DNA of 64,000 nt from an uncultured virus (IMG/VR IMGVR_UViG_3300045115_000228) (IMGVR_UViG_3300045115_000228); one strand, 5' to 3'; counted from the stretch's first letter, positions 36,562 through 46,556 are shown. Numbers and translations: made by a program. The notes: generated by a model from the letters alone, not told the origin.

Positions 36562-38034
36562 TCACTTCGACGAGCGTGTCTTCGCGTAGCCGGTGCTCGG
36601 CGGATTCGTGACATCCGGAGGCTCGGCGGTCGTCGTTCCGACCGACACGGAGCCGGCGGCGGGACTGCCGCTGAAGTCCGCGACCAAGGCCGACATGACG
36701 CAGTTCATCGCGCCGTCGGCGTCCAGGGAGTCGCCGGCGGAGTTCCCGAGCGACGTCAGGCCGCGCGAGGCGGACGCCGCGTAGGCGTACGTGCCGATGC
36801 TCTTCGACAGGCTGCCCCCGGCGCAGTAGTCCACGTCGAGCTGGTCGGCGAACTTGTCCATCCCGTCGGCGAAGGCGGCGGTCTTGGCCGTCTTCATGCG
36901 GCGGAGGGATGCCGTCGAGCTCCCGATGAAGCTCTTGGCGCCCTGCCAGTTCCCGGCGTCGGCCATCTTCTTCGCCTCCGCCATCACGTTGGCGGCCTCC
37001 AGGATGGCCACCTGCTCCGCGATCTCCTTGTCCAGCTCCGCCGTCGCGTCGGCCGCCGACTTGACGAGCTCGACCTTGACCTTCGCCTCCTCGGAGACGG
37101 ACTGCGCGTCCGCCATCGTGCGGTACGACACCCTCACGTCGGCGAGCGTCACGGGGCGCGGCAGGGCCTGCGGGCGCTTCTCGAACTCCAGCCTGACGAT
37201 CACGTCGCGGCGCTCGCCGGCGTACACGTCGCCGACCTTCACCTCGGTGACCAGCTCTCCGTCCGCGTCCTGCCGCGTGGACACGTCCATGTCGTTCAGG
37301 ACGTTGGTCACGCTGGCGCCCTTGTGGGACTTGATCGACAGCACGATGTCCTGGGCGAAGCACGTGAGCAGCCCGCCGAGCTCGGCGGCGAAGACCTTCG
37401 CCACGCTGTCGACGCCCTCGATGAAGTAGGGGTTGCCCTTCGCCTGCCTGGCGATCGCGGTCAGCAGCTCCTCGTTGAAGCCGTTGCCGTAGCCGAACGT
37501 CGACGTCGTCACTCCCTTGCGGACGCCGGCGAGGATGGGCTCGAAGTCGGACATCGCCGTCGCGCCGACGTTCGCCTGCCCGTCCGTGAGCAGCATGACG
37601 CGCTCGACCGAGTTGGCCGCGCCCTCGTACTGCGCGAACAGCCTGCCGGCGGCGACGAGCGCCGACCCGATGTCGGTCGACCCGCGCGAGTAGACCTTCG
37701 CCACGGCCTGCCTCATGACCTCCTTGTTGGCCGAGGTCATCCTGCGGAACTCGCAGGTCTCGATCCGCTCGTCGAAGAAGACCAGGGCGAGGCTGTCCTC
37801 GTCGGTCATGTGGTCGATCATCTTCCAGACCGACCGCCTCACGTTGTCGATCTTCGACCCTCCCATGCTGCCGCTGCGGTCGATCACGGCGCACACGCAG
37901 ACGGGGTTCCTCTTCGAGTCCTTCGAGACGTCCGGGGCCCTCAGCGTGGCCATCATGTGGACCACGCCGTTCTTGTCGTACGCCACCTTCTCCAGGTCAA
38001 GCCTCACGCCCACGCTCATAGGGTTCGCAGTCAT
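36562..38034 (-). CDS. von Willebrand factor A domain protein
   Basis: MIDAS DRSGSM, GSTDIGSAL, LLTDGQAN, FGYG..FNEELL; SD upstream of MTANP. Confidence 0.9.
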   Translation of the reverse strand: MTANPMSVGVRLDLEKVAYDKNGVVHMMATLRAPDVSKDSKRNPVCVCAVIDRSGSMGGSKIDNVRRSVWKMIDHMTDEDSLALVFFDERIETCEFRRMTSANKEVMRQAVAKVYSRGSTDIGSALVAAGRLFAQYEGAANSVERVMLLTDGQANVGATAMSDFEPILAGVRKGVTTSTFGYGNGFNEELLTAIARQAKGNPYFIEGVDSVAKVFAAELGGLLTCFAQDIVLSIKSHKGASVTNVLNDMDVSTRQDADGELVTEVKVGDVYAGERRDVIVRLEFEKRPQALPRPVTLADVRVSYRTMADAQSVSEEAKVKVELVKSAADATAELDKEIAEQVAILEAANVMAEAKKMADAGNWQGAKSFIGSSTASLRRMKTAKTAAFADGMDKFADQLDVDYCAGGSLSKSIGTYAYAASASRGLTSLGNSAGDSLDADGAMNCVMSALVADFSGSPAAGSVSVGTTTAEPPDVTNPPSTGYAKTRSSK

Positions 38035-38097
38035 CGTGTCCTTCCTTTCCTGTTCCTTACATTGTCCCATGTCCTTCGCCTCGTGTCAACGCCATTG

Positions 38098-38529
38098 TCA
38101 CACGCACGACTTCACCTTGTTCACGCCCAGCCCTTGGTTGAAACACTCGTTCCGCTCTTCCCTGCATTGGGGATTCCACGGCGTGGTCTTCCACGGCGCA
38201 TGGTGGTGGTGGCATGGGCAATGGCACTCGTCCCATGTCCACTCCTGCTCCCACGTGTAGCCGAGGCCGCCACAGGAGCCGCAGGTCCCGTAGCAACCAT
38301 GGCAGCAGGACGGGCAGCAGCAGCTAGACAGGTTCGTGCATGAGGACGTCGTCGAGCAGCGGTAGGTCACGCTGTCGAGCGTCCAGATTGGCCACCAGCC
38401 AGAGTGGTCGTGGACGCGGCCGGTTCCGCCGCACGTCCAGCAGGTGCGCTTGACGGAGCGGTAGTGGCCGTGGCGATGCGGATGATGACAGTCGTGGCAG
38501 AACGCGGTATGGCACTTCAGGTCGTTCAC
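38098..38529 (-). CDS. Cys/His/Trp-rich protein (143 aa) with CxxCGGxG zinc-finger motifs
   Basis: GTG start with SD AGGAGG; CWTCGGTG and CGSCGGLG; SSCCCPSCCHGC; His runs. Confidence 0.6.
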   Translation of the reverse strand: MNDLKCHTAFCHDCHHPHRHGHYRSVKRTCWTCGGTGRVHDHSGWWPIWTLDSVTYRCSTTSSCTNLSSCCCPSCCHGCYGTCGSCGGLGYTWEQEWTWDECHCPCHHHHAPWKTTPWNPQCREERNECFNQGLGVNKVKSCV

Positions 38530-38714
38530 AGAACGCCTCCTTTCCTGGTTTGGCACAATCCAACCACAAAGGAAGCTGTTACTGGCGATCTGCGAACAGC
38601 CAACCGCAGGGCGTCGCGCCCTCAAGGAAGACCCTTGGTAGTCCCTAAGAACCCCAATCACAGGCTTCTGACGATACAGTATGCCGGAAACAGCCATGCG
38701 CGCAAGAGAAATCT

Positions 38715-39266
38715 TCACTTCGAGTCGGGATGGTCGCCGGAGTCGACGCTGAAGCTCGGTATGCCCAGCCTGCGGCACACGGCCTCGACCGTCCTCGACC
38801 CGGCGCACGGGTCGTACACGACGCCGCTCTCCTCGCCGGAGTAGTGGTTTCGCACGAGACGCTCTATGAGGGACTCCGGCTTCTTCCACTCGTGGTCCTG
38901 CACGAGCAGGCCGTCCGTGAAGATGCCGGTGCGGTTGCTCCAGTGCAACGGCTGTCCGAACGTCACCCAGAACCTGGCCCCATAGCAGGCGATCGCCTCC
39001 ACGAACCTGCTGTACCTGGCGACCGTGTTCTTCGTGCTGACGGGCTTGACCCAATGGAGGACCTGATCTGGCCTGTGGGGCAGGCCCCACACGTCCTCCG
39101 GCATCATGAAGATGAGCGAGGGGATTCTCCTCCCGACGGCGAGGCGAACGAGGTCGTGCGAGTCCGTGGATCCGTACACGGGGTCGGCGATCATCAGGCA
39201 CGTCCCTGGGGGCGGGAGATTGTCCTGCCACCTGCCCATGACGAAGACGTGCCTCTCGTCGCTCAT
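38715..39266 (-). CDS. Small N6A/N4C DNA methyltransferase-like protein
   Basis: ADPVY (motif IV-like) precedes KKP..LIERLV and VYDPCAGS (motif I), the beta-class order. Confidence 0.65.
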   Translation of the reverse strand: MSDERHVFVMGRWQDNLPPPGTCLMIADPVYGSTDSHDLVRLAVGRRIPSLIFMMPEDVWGLPHRPDQVLHWVKPVSTKNTVARYSRFVEAIACYGARFWVTFGQPLHWSNRTGIFTDGLLVQDHEWKKPESLIERLVRNHYSGEESGVVYDPCAGSRTVEAVCRRLGIPSFSVDSGDHPDSK

Positions 39267-40366
39267 GACGCCACCTGCCTGGCGCACAGCCTGCCTGCGG
39301 AAGACGCCACCTCGCGGAGCTCGTACCTGTCGCACACGGCGACGAACTCCCCCTGCAGGTCGCGCCCGAGGTCGACGGGCACGGCGGGAAGCCTGATGTG
39401 CCTGTGCATCGTCTTGAGCCTCTTGGCGAGGGGCACCCTGTCCTGGTAGACGAGCGCGGTCGCGGCGTTCCTCGGCAACTTGGCCTTGCCCTCCTCGTAC
39501 GCCATGGCGACGCCGGTGAACGGCATCCACTCCTTGACGTGTGGCCACTTCGGCTGGTCGCCGCCGGACTTGAGGGAGCGCAGGGCGTCGAACGCGTCAC
39601 CCTTCAGGTCCGGGAAGCGCTCGCGCAGTGGGCCGTACGACGACACCACCGACGAGATGACGGCCTCGCATGACCCGTGCCTGGCGACCTCCTTCAGGGC
39701 CGTCGTCTGCCCCCACCACGGCAGGCCGAAGATGTTGTCGCTCGCGTCCCCCATCAGCGCGCCGACGTCTACCCACTGTGCGGGGGACACGCCGTGGGCC
39801 CCCCTGAACCAATCCTCCGTGAGGACGCTGCCGTCCGACGTGAGTATCGTCACCCCTGGGGCCAGGAGCTGGTAGTAGTCCTTGTCGTTCGTCAGCACCA
39901 TGACGTCGTGGCCGTCAAGGACGGTGGCGAACGAGGCGATGATGTCGTCGGCCTCCTCGTCGGGCTTGGCGACCTGCGGCACGTTCGTCTTCGACAGGGC
40001 CTCCATGATGACGGGGCGCTGCACGTGGAAGTCGATGACCTGCTGCGGGCGCCCCTCGACGGGGCGGTTCCCCTTGTACTCCTGCGGGACGACGCCCTTG
40101 GCCACCGCCTCGCGCGAGTCCGTTATGCGCGACCTGCTCCTGCCGTCCCACGCCACGACCACGTACCTGTCTGGGTGGTCGCGCATCGCGGCGTTGAGCG
40201 TCCTGAAGAACCCGTGTATGGCGCCAGTGGGGAAGTCGCTCTGGGGGCCGATCGTCGAGTCCGGCTCTATGTCCTTGGAGTAGTCCGTGAAGTCGGCGCG
40301 CAGCGACTTGTTGGCGAAGGCGGCCCTGACGCCGACGTTGTTTCCGTCTATGAGCAGGAACTTCAC
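39263..40366 (-). CDS. 5'-3' exonuclease / flap endonuclease (PolI N-terminal or T4 RNase H-like)
   Basis: LLIDGNN, VAWDG, YKGNR, EADDIIAS, TNDKDYYQL, ALMGDASDNIFG. Confidence 0.92.
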   Translation of the reverse strand: MKFLLIDGNNVGVRAAFANKSLRADFTDYSKDIEPDSTIGPQSDFPTGAIHGFFRTLNAAMRDHPDRYVVVAWDGRSRSRITDSREAVAKGVVPQEYKGNRPVEGRPQQVIDFHVQRPVIMEALSKTNVPQVAKPDEEADDIIASFATVLDGHDVMVLTNDKDYYQLLAPGVTILTSDGSVLTEDWFRGAHGVSPAQWVDVGALMGDASDNIFGLPWWGQTTALKEVARHGSCEAVISSVVSSYGPLRERFPDLKGDAFDALRSLKSGGDQPKWPHVKEWMPFTGVAMAYEEGKAKLPRNAATALVYQDRVPLAKRLKTMHRHIRLPAVPVDLGRDLQGEFVAVCDRYELREVASSAGRLCARQVAS

Positions 40367-40404
40367 GCGTGCATTGTACAGCGCCGTCGCGTATAATGGT
40401 CGGC

Positions 40405-40881
40405 ATGCAGCAACATTGGCTCACGCTGGTGGTCGGCCTGCCGCGCTCCGGGAAGAGCACGTGGGTCGAGAGGCACAAGGGCGACGCCGTCGTCGTGTCC
40501 TCGGACTGGATCCGCGAGCACGTCCTCGGCGAGTCGTACTCCTACGCCGAGTCCGCGAACGCCGTCGTGTTGGCGATGATGGACTGCGCCCTGCGGATAG
40601 TGCTGGGGCAGGGCAAGGACGCCGTCCTGGACGGGACGAACCTGACCAGGTTCACGCGCCAGTTCTACGCCCAGATCGCCAGGGAGCACGGGGCGAAGGT
40701 CAGGATCATATGGGCCAACACGTCGCTCGGCGAATGCCTCGAACGCAACGCCTCGGCGCAGGGACGCAAGCTGCCGGCCGCCAAGCTGGCGAGCATGGCC
40801 GAGAAGATGCAAGTCCCGACGCACGACGAGTGCGACGAGCTGGAATACATGTTCCCCGAATTCGAGGAGATCAAGCCATGA
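40405..40881 (+). CDS. P-loop kinase, AAA_33/polynucleotide kinase-like
   Basis: VGLPRSGKST, SSDWIR, VLDGTNL, CLERN; TATAAT + 7 nt + ATG. Confidence 0.85.
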   Translation: MQQHWLTLVVGLPRSGKSTWVERHKGDAVVVSSDWIREHVLGESYSYAESANAVVLAMMDCALRIVLGQGKDAVLDGTNLTRFTRQFYAQIAREHGAKVRIIWANTSLGECLERNASAQGRKLPAAKLASMAEKMQVPTHDECDELEYMFPEFEEIKP

Positions 40882-41786
40882 GGATCGCCGTCACGGGGGA
40901 CAACCACCTCGACTTCCTGCACCAGGCCGAGGCGAACGTCCGCTCCTTCCTTGAGGGGATGGCCTCAAGGTCGCCACGTCTCGTGCTCAACCTCGGGGAC
41001 ATGACCAACGGGAGGCTCCACGACCGCTACCGCGGCCTCGACGAACTGATGGGCGACCAGTGGGTCTTCTACGTCCTAGGGAACCACGACCTGTGGAGCC
41101 ACGACGAGAGCGGGAGGCGCCGCCCCGACGAGGCGTTCCGCGACACGATCAGGAGGATGAGGAGGCACGCCGCCAGGCCGCTTGAGGCCTCGTTCTCGGA
41201 CAGGGACACCTTCTGGCGCAGCGAGAAGGACGACCTTGCCCTCGTCGGGGCGATGGGGTTCCCCGACTTCGAGCACCCAAGGTTCGTCATGCCGAAGGAA
41301 TACTACGAGCGCAGGCACTGCACGAACGACGCGAACTACATGGACCTGTCGCAGGGGTGGCTGCGCCACACGGACAGGATCAAGAAGGCGTTCGCCGCCA
41401 GGATGGGGCGCGCCCTGTCGTTCGGGCACCGCCACCTAGTCGTCGCCACGCACTACCCCATCTTCGAGGGTCAGTACAGGCTCGACGGCAGCGACATCTC
41501 GGCGTACTTCTTCTGCCACGGCATGGGCCAGCACGTCCTGGAGGTCGCCAGGGAGCACCCGGGCGTCACGTTCTGGTGCTTCGCCGCCCACGCCCACGAG
41601 TATTGCAAGGGCGAGCTGCACGTCGAGGCCAGCAACGTGGCCTCGTACGGCCTGGACGCCGACTACGGGAGGCTGACGTTCGCCCTGGTGGACACCGACG
41701 GAGGCTTCGACCAGAGGATCGAGACGGCATGGTTCCCGGGGAGGCCGCATGTCCCCGTGATCGAGACGGTGGTGAGGGAGACATAG
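40878..41786 (+). CDS. Calcineurin-like metallophosphoesterase
   Basis: GDNH, LGDM, GNHD, THYP, AHAH; ATGA overlap. Confidence 0.88.
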   Translation: MRIAVTGDNHLDFLHQAEANVRSFLEGMASRSPRLVLNLGDMTNGRLHDRYRGLDELMGDQWVFYVLGNHDLWSHDESGRRRPDEAFRDTIRRMRRHAARPLEASFSDRDTFWRSEKDDLALVGAMGFPDFEHPRFVMPKEYYERRHCTNDANYMDLSQGWLRHTDRIKKAFAARMGRALSFGHRHLVVATHYPIFEGQYRLDGSDISAYFFCHGMGQHVLEVAREHPGVTFWCFAAHAHEYCKGELHVEASNVASYGLDADYGRLTFALVDTDGGFDQRIETAWFPGRPHVPVIETVVRET

Positions 41787-41795
41787 GAGGATGGC

Positions 41796-41996
41796 ATGAG
41801 GAAGACGAGGGCGCACGCGATATGGGACGACGCGATGTTCCTGCTGGGCCACGAGAGGCTCGGCGAGCACTACAGGACGGGGTTCAGCGGGCCACGGAGC
41901 CTGTACCAGACGATGAAGAGGATGTGGGTCAGGGATCGCCGCGGATACCTCGGCGCGATGGCCGCCGCGAGGGCGCCCGCCAAGGACGCCGCGTAG
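41796..41996 (+). CDS. Hypothetical small protein
   Basis: SD AGGAGG, operon position. Confidence 0.55.
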   Translation: MRKTRAHAIWDDAMFLLGHERLGEHYRTGFSGPRSLYQTMKRMWVRDRRGYLGAMAAARAPAKDAA

Positions 41997-41997
41997 C

Positions 41998-43929
41998 TCA
42001 CCCGGTCTTCGTCCACTCTATGGAGAACGCCAGGATGTCGTCGTCCCCGCTGGGGATCTCGATGTTCTGGTACATCGATGTGTCGCGCAGTGCCCTCTCC
42101 GCCTCCGCCTCCGCCGCGGCGTCGGCGGCGGCCTGCTGCCTGGCCCGCTCCTCCTCCTCGCGGCGCAGCCTCTCCTCGCGCTCCCGCAGGATCCTCCTGT
42201 CGGCCTCGGTGCGATCCGCCTCACCCCTGGCGAGCGCGGCCTCCTCAAGCCTCTTGCGCTCGGCGGCCTGCGCCTGCTCGCGCCTGGCGCGCTGCTCCTC
42301 AAGCTGCCTCTCGCGCTCGGCCTCGACCCTGTCGTAGTAGGCCCTGTTCTGAGGCTTGTTGCGGCGCCCCTGCGCCTCCTCGTAGGCGCGCTGCGCGAAC
42401 TGGTTCGGCTCGAAGTCGCGCTCGTACGGCTCGATGGCGGCGTGGTAGGCGGCCTCCGCCCTGGAGTATGCCGCCTGGTCGAACACGCCTCCCTGGTTGA
42501 ACTCGTCGTCGTCCTCGCTCGGGCGCCGCGGGATGTCGTCGTTGTTGGCGACGATGTCGTCCTCCGCCTGGAACCACGCGTCGCTGGCCCACTCCTCGAA
42601 CGACTGGCGGCCCTCCTCGAAGAGGTGGAGCTCGCCCCTCTGCTCGGCGTAGTCGGCCCAGGCGTCTATCCCGCTGTTGGCGGTGCTGGAGTAGTAGTGC
42701 GACCCCTGGTTGGCCTGGTCGTACGTCCATTCCAGGGCGGCCTTGTAGCCGTCGGCGTCGTCGACGACGAACGTCCGCCTCGAAGTCCTCGTCGAGCGGC
42801 GCCCCGTGTTCGGATCCCTTTCCGTGGTCTCCTCGTGCCAGTCCACGGACAGGGACGGCACGAACCCGTTCGGGTCTTGGGCATGCTCCTCAAGGTCGCG
42901 GATGCTCTCCACCTCGTATGAGTCGCCGATCCACCAGAGCGGCTCGCCCCTCTGCCTGAGCTTGAGGGCGAGCTCCTTGACCTTCGGCATCCCTTGGGTC
43001 GTGCCGTCGCAGTCGTGGACCTCCGTGCCGCGCCCGTCGCTCCTGGCCTCCCCGATCTCGATGGCGGCCTGCGGGACCCCCTGGGGGTCGCGGATGGAGA
43101 TCAGCCGGTCGCTGTTCCTCATCCCCATCCCGGTGATCTCCTGGACGACCTCCCACTCGTAGTCGAAGTCGCGGCCGCCGGGCTGCCTGCCGATCTCCCT
43201 GGGGTCTGGCTTGGCCCTGGACTGCGGGTCGACCCACACGGCCCTCCACTTGCCCGACAGGGCGACGGAGCGCTCGCCCCTCGTGGACAGCCTCTTGGAC
43301 GCCTCCAGCTTCTTGGCGTAGTCCGCCCATTCCCTCGCCATGACCTTCGCCGTCCCGATGTCGTTCACCGTGGACAGCGGCGTCTTGGTCGCCCGCGACC
43401 ACCTGACCAGCTCGGCGAACTCGGACCTGTAGTGCGGGTGGTCGGAGGAGAACTGCTCCTGGTTGGGGGCCTTCGCCACGATCCACCGGAACTCGTCCTC
43501 GGACAGACCGCCCTGGATTTCCCTCTCGAAGTCCATCATGCCTTGCTTGACCCGGTTGGGCTTGTCGCGCAGCCACGAGATGGCCCAAGGCTTCTCGCCG
43601 AACACGGCGGCCAACGCCTTGCCGACGAAGTGGTTGTCGGACTCCGTGGCGGCGGCTTCGAGGGAATGGCGCAGCAGGCTCTTCCCCGTCTCCCTGGCCC
43701 ACGCCAGGATCTTGTCGAACCGCGCCGCTACCCTGTCCCACCGGACGGCCGATATGTCGTGGCCGGTCGTGAATCCGAAGTCATCGTCCGTCCACTCCAG
43801 GATCCACTCGGCCTCCCCGTGGGACATCCCGTGCTTGGAGTCCAGCGCCGAGACCATCCCCCTGACCTGCTCCGGGATCGGCTTCCCCTTGAACGAGTCG
43901 GGCACCTTGCCTTGCGCGACGATCCTCAT
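41998..43929 (-). CDS. Hypothetical protein (643 aa), N-terminal MRIVAQ, possible PcfJ-like segment, coiled coil and acidic tail
   Basis: ISIRDPQGVPQAAIEI; ends DDDILAFSIEWTKTG. Confidence 0.8.
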   Translation of the reverse strand: MRIVAQGKVPDSFKGKPIPEQVRGMVSALDSKHGMSHGEAEWILEWTDDDFGFTTGHDISAVRWDRVAARFDKILAWARETGKSLLRHSLEAAATESDNHFVGKALAAVFGEKPWAISWLRDKPNRVKQGMMDFEREIQGGLSEDEFRWIVAKAPNQEQFSSDHPHYRSEFAELVRWSRATKTPLSTVNDIGTAKVMAREWADYAKKLEASKRLSTRGERSVALSGKWRAVWVDPQSRAKPDPREIGRQPGGRDFDYEWEVVQEITGMGMRNSDRLISIRDPQGVPQAAIEIGEARSDGRGTEVHDCDGTTQGMPKVKELALKLRQRGEPLWWIGDSYEVESIRDLEEHAQDPNGFVPSLSVDWHEETTERDPNTGRRSTRTSRRTFVVDDADGYKAALEWTYDQANQGSHYYSSTANSGIDAWADYAEQRGELHLFEEGRQSFEEWASDAWFQAEDDIVANNDDIPRRPSEDDDEFNQGGVFDQAAYSRAEAAYHAAIEPYERDFEPNQFAQRAYEEAQGRRNKPQNRAYYDRVEAERERQLEEQRARREQAQAAERKRLEEAALARGEADRTEADRRILREREERLRREEEERARQQAAADAAAEAEAERALRDTSMYQNIEIPSGDDDILAFSIEWTKTG

Positions 43930-43938
43930 GCCCCCTTC

Positions 43939-43994
43939 TTCTCCGCCGGGGGCGGCGATTACTGCCGGAAGGACATCGCCCGCCCGGCGTCGAA
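43939..43994. promoter_or_regulatory. Back-to-back phage promoters for two divergent leaderless genes
   Basis: Plus: AAGG-N18-CGAAGTA + 6 nt + ATG 44004; minus variant: CAGT-N18-AGAAGAA + 6 nt + ATG 43929. Confidence 0.65.
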
Positions 43995-44003
43995 GTAGAT
44001 GGC

Positions 44004-45119
44004 ATGGGACGCATTCGGCACAGGATGGCGCAGTCCTCGGGGCTGCGCCCGGTCGGCTCCGAGGCCATCGAGGGCGTCAGGTTCACGCTGACGAACGCGG
44101 CGGCCGGCACGGGGACGCTCAGGGTCAAGTTCAGGAAGGGCCAGCGGAGCAAGCCATCGGCCCTCAGCGACACGTACGACTACTACGGCGTCCCTGAGGA
44201 CGCGTACATGGAGCTCGTCCAGACCAAGACCCCGATGACCTACATCAACAGGGAGATCAAGCCGAGGTTCTCCTACAAGCGGTTCACGGAGGAGGAGCTC
44301 GCCGCCGAGGCCGCCCCCGCCCCGCCGCGCGCCACCGCGACGGAACCCCAGATCGACGAGGGGGCGTTCAACGCCATCCTGCAGCACGACGACGACATAC
44401 TGGCGTCGTCGGAGGGTCGCGTCAGGGTCGCGCAGGCCCTCGGCCCCCTGCACGGAGACTCGCCGTCCGAGGCCATGCTCAAGGCCGTCAAGAGCGGGAC
44501 ACCGTTCCGCTTCCACGGGCTCACGTTCTCGATGAGGGAGGGGGCGTCGAACACCGGAAGCAACGTGTGGGTGCCTTCCATCGTCAGGCGCTATCCCGGG
44601 GAGGACGCCCCCGACGCGCACGTGAGCAACACCTATTCCACGGAGGGCAGGGCCACCCGCATGCTGTCCGACAAACTGCTGGCGTACTGCAGGATGCAGA
44701 ACTTCGGTGGAGCCCCCGAGGCCCTCAACCAGATCGGCGACCACAACATCGTCAGGATCGGCCGGCACGACTACTTCCTCCAGCAGCAGGTGATGCTGGA
44801 CCTCGGCGACAGGGCATGGATGGTCGCTAGGGTGCCGGCGCGGGGGGAGCGCGACCTCAACATGCAGGAGCAGGTCGGGCTTGGCAGGGAGCAAAGGCTG
44901 GCGGGGATCGCCTTCACGGACAGGCCGCAGGCGGAGGCCTACCTGTGCTCCATGCAGATGCTCGACGACTTCGCGTATGCCGGCAAGAAGATCGAGCGGG
45001 AGAGGGCGAAGGAAGAGGAGGCCAGGATGGAGGGCGGCCTCAAGGAGTACCTCGCCGACCCTGGGCACGACTTCGACATATCCTTCTCAGGCGCCGGCGA
45101 CGACTCGCCCTTCGCCTAG
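44004..45119 (+). CDS. KTSC-domain protein, N-terminal RMAQ
   Basis: GTLRVKFR...YDYYGVPEDAYMELV......YINREIK.RFSY. Confidence 0.75.
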   Translation: MGRIRHRMAQSSGLRPVGSEAIEGVRFTLTNAAAGTGTLRVKFRKGQRSKPSALSDTYDYYGVPEDAYMELVQTKTPMTYINREIKPRFSYKRFTEEELAAEAAPAPPRATATEPQIDEGAFNAILQHDDDILASSEGRVRVAQALGPLHGDSPSEAMLKAVKSGTPFRFHGLTFSMREGASNTGSNVWVPSIVRRYPGEDAPDAHVSNTYSTEGRATRMLSDKLLAYCRMQNFGGAPEALNQIGDHNIVRIGRHDYFLQQQVMLDLGDRAWMVARVPARGERDLNMQEQVGLGREQRLAGIAFTDRPQAEAYLCSMQMLDDFAYAGKKIERERAKEEEARMEGGLKEYLADPGHDFDISFSGAGDDSPFA

Positions 45120-45799
45120 CGCAGGGGGCATGGCCTCGGGCAGCCGTACAGCCCGCGCGACACGGCGGCGGCGAACGCCGGCCTCGACATGATCCCCGAC
45201 AGCTCGGATCCGTACATCTCGTCGAGGCTGCCCCAGCGCGACAGCAGGGCCGCGTTGCCGAGGTAGCCGATGTTCCTGCGGGCGTCCGTCGATGACACGT
45301 GCGGGACGGGCGGTCGGGGCGACAGGTAGACGTGGCTCCTTCGCCAGTAGAACATCTCCAGTTCCCTCGCCGTCCTGACCTCGGTGGCGCGCTCGACGAC
45401 GACGAACCTGTACGACAGCAGCAGATCCTCCCACCTGTGCCACCGGCATATCTGGTTCGCCTCGTCGAGGCCGATGACGGGGAGGAAGTCGCAGCCATGG
45501 GAGCCGGCCTTGAGGAACTCCAGGAGGTCGATCGTCTTGTCGGACCGGAGGCGATCGGCGGTCGTGACCACCCGCGACACCCCGCGCAGCCGGGCGAACG
45601 CCGCCCTGCACATGGCCACCCTGTCGTCGAACGGGGACATCACCTTGCCGAAGGGGTGCCCGTCGCACGGGACGATCCACACCTCGTCCGCCGCGCCCGA
45701 CCCGGACACCGCCTCCACGATCGCCTCGTGGGCCAGCGTCGGGGGATCGAACGCCCCGCCGAACACGGCGATCCTCTTGGCCGCCGAAGGTTCCTTCAT
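45116..45799 (-). CDS. nadD: Nicotinate/nicotinamide-nucleotide adenylyltransferase
   Basis: AVFGGAFDPPTLAH, HPFGK, IGLDEA..I.RW, HVSSTDAR. Confidence 0.88.
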   Translation of the reverse strand: MKEPSAAKRIAVFGGAFDPPTLAHEAIVEAVSGSGAADEVWIVPCDGHPFGKVMSPFDDRVAMCRAAFARLRGVSRVVTTADRLRSDKTIDLLEFLKAGSHGCDFLPVIGLDEANQICRWHRWEDLLLSYRFVVVERATEVRTARELEMFYWRRSHVYLSPRPPVPHVSSTDARRNIGYLGNAALLSRWGSLDEMYGSELSGIMSRPAFAAAVSRGLYGCPRPCPLR

Positions 45800-46059
45800 G
45801 CGATCCATCGTATCATCAGGCGTGAGCCAAGTCAACCCCCATCGCGACCGCCGGCTCCGGAGAGGCAGGCGGGGCTTCCTGTCGTGGGCCATCGAGCACG
45901 TCAGGCCGTCGATCTCGTTCGACCACGGCCCCGACGACGAATACTGGGCCGCTCACGGAGGCAGGCCGGGGTTCGGCGCGGGGGACGCCGGCAAGTGGGC
46001 GGAATACCTCAAGGACAACGCCACGTTCTGGATCAAGCTGCGGTTCGACTTCTGACAGG

Positions 46060-46085
46060 AAGGGAAAGGGCGGCCAGCAGGCGAA
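46060..46085 (+). promoter_or_regulatory. Phage promoter AAGG-N18-CGAA
   Basis: AAGG GAAAGGGCGGCCAGCAGG CGAA CAAT. Confidence 0.7.
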
Positions 46086-46122
46086 CAATGGTGCGGCAGG
46101 CGCTCTCGAACGCGGAGGCACC

Positions 46123-46533
46123 ATGGGATTCTTTCAGGCATTGTTCCGGAGGATGTTCGGAGCCCCGACGGCGGCCCCGAGGTCCGTCTACGTCGACGGG
46201 GTCCCCGGGGCCCCTGTCGTGCTCGACCTGACGAACGGCTCCTCGACCCTGACCATCGACACGTCGGCGGCGGACACATACCGCGTCACGTTGACCCAGG
46301 GGGTGACTGTCGTCTGCGAGAACGGGGTCGACGGGAAGGGCACGGTCATCCTGTTGACCCAGGGGTCGGGCGGAAGCAAGACGATAACGCTCGACTCGGA
46401 CATGCTTGTGCCTTCGAGCGCGACGGAGCCGCTCGCCTGGTCGACCGCCGCTGGGAAGACGGACATCCTGGCCGTCAGGTACGACTCGGCGATGGGGAAA
46501 TGGCTGGTCGTGAGCGTGGTCCCGGGATACTAG
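46123..46533 (+). CDS. Small beta-rich virion/tail-associated protein
   Basis: LTQGSGGSKTITL...WSTAAGKTDIL pattern typical of phage structural proteins; SD GGAGG. Confidence 0.65.
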   Translation: MGFFQALFRRMFGAPTAAPRSVYVDGVPGAPVVLDLTNGSSTLTIDTSAADTYRVTLTQGVTVVCENGVDGKGTVILLTQGSGGSKTITLDSDMLVPSSATEPLAWSTAAGKTDILAVRYDSAMGKWLVVSVVPGY

Positions 46534-46556
46534 GAGACGCAAAAAGGAGACGGACA

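Noticed and set aside
45090..45119. SSB C-terminal tail mimicry (GDDSPFA; also DDDFLAP at 19607)
   Set aside because: SSB tails need a terminal Phe; these have extra residues and are better explained by the acidic FxIxF tag
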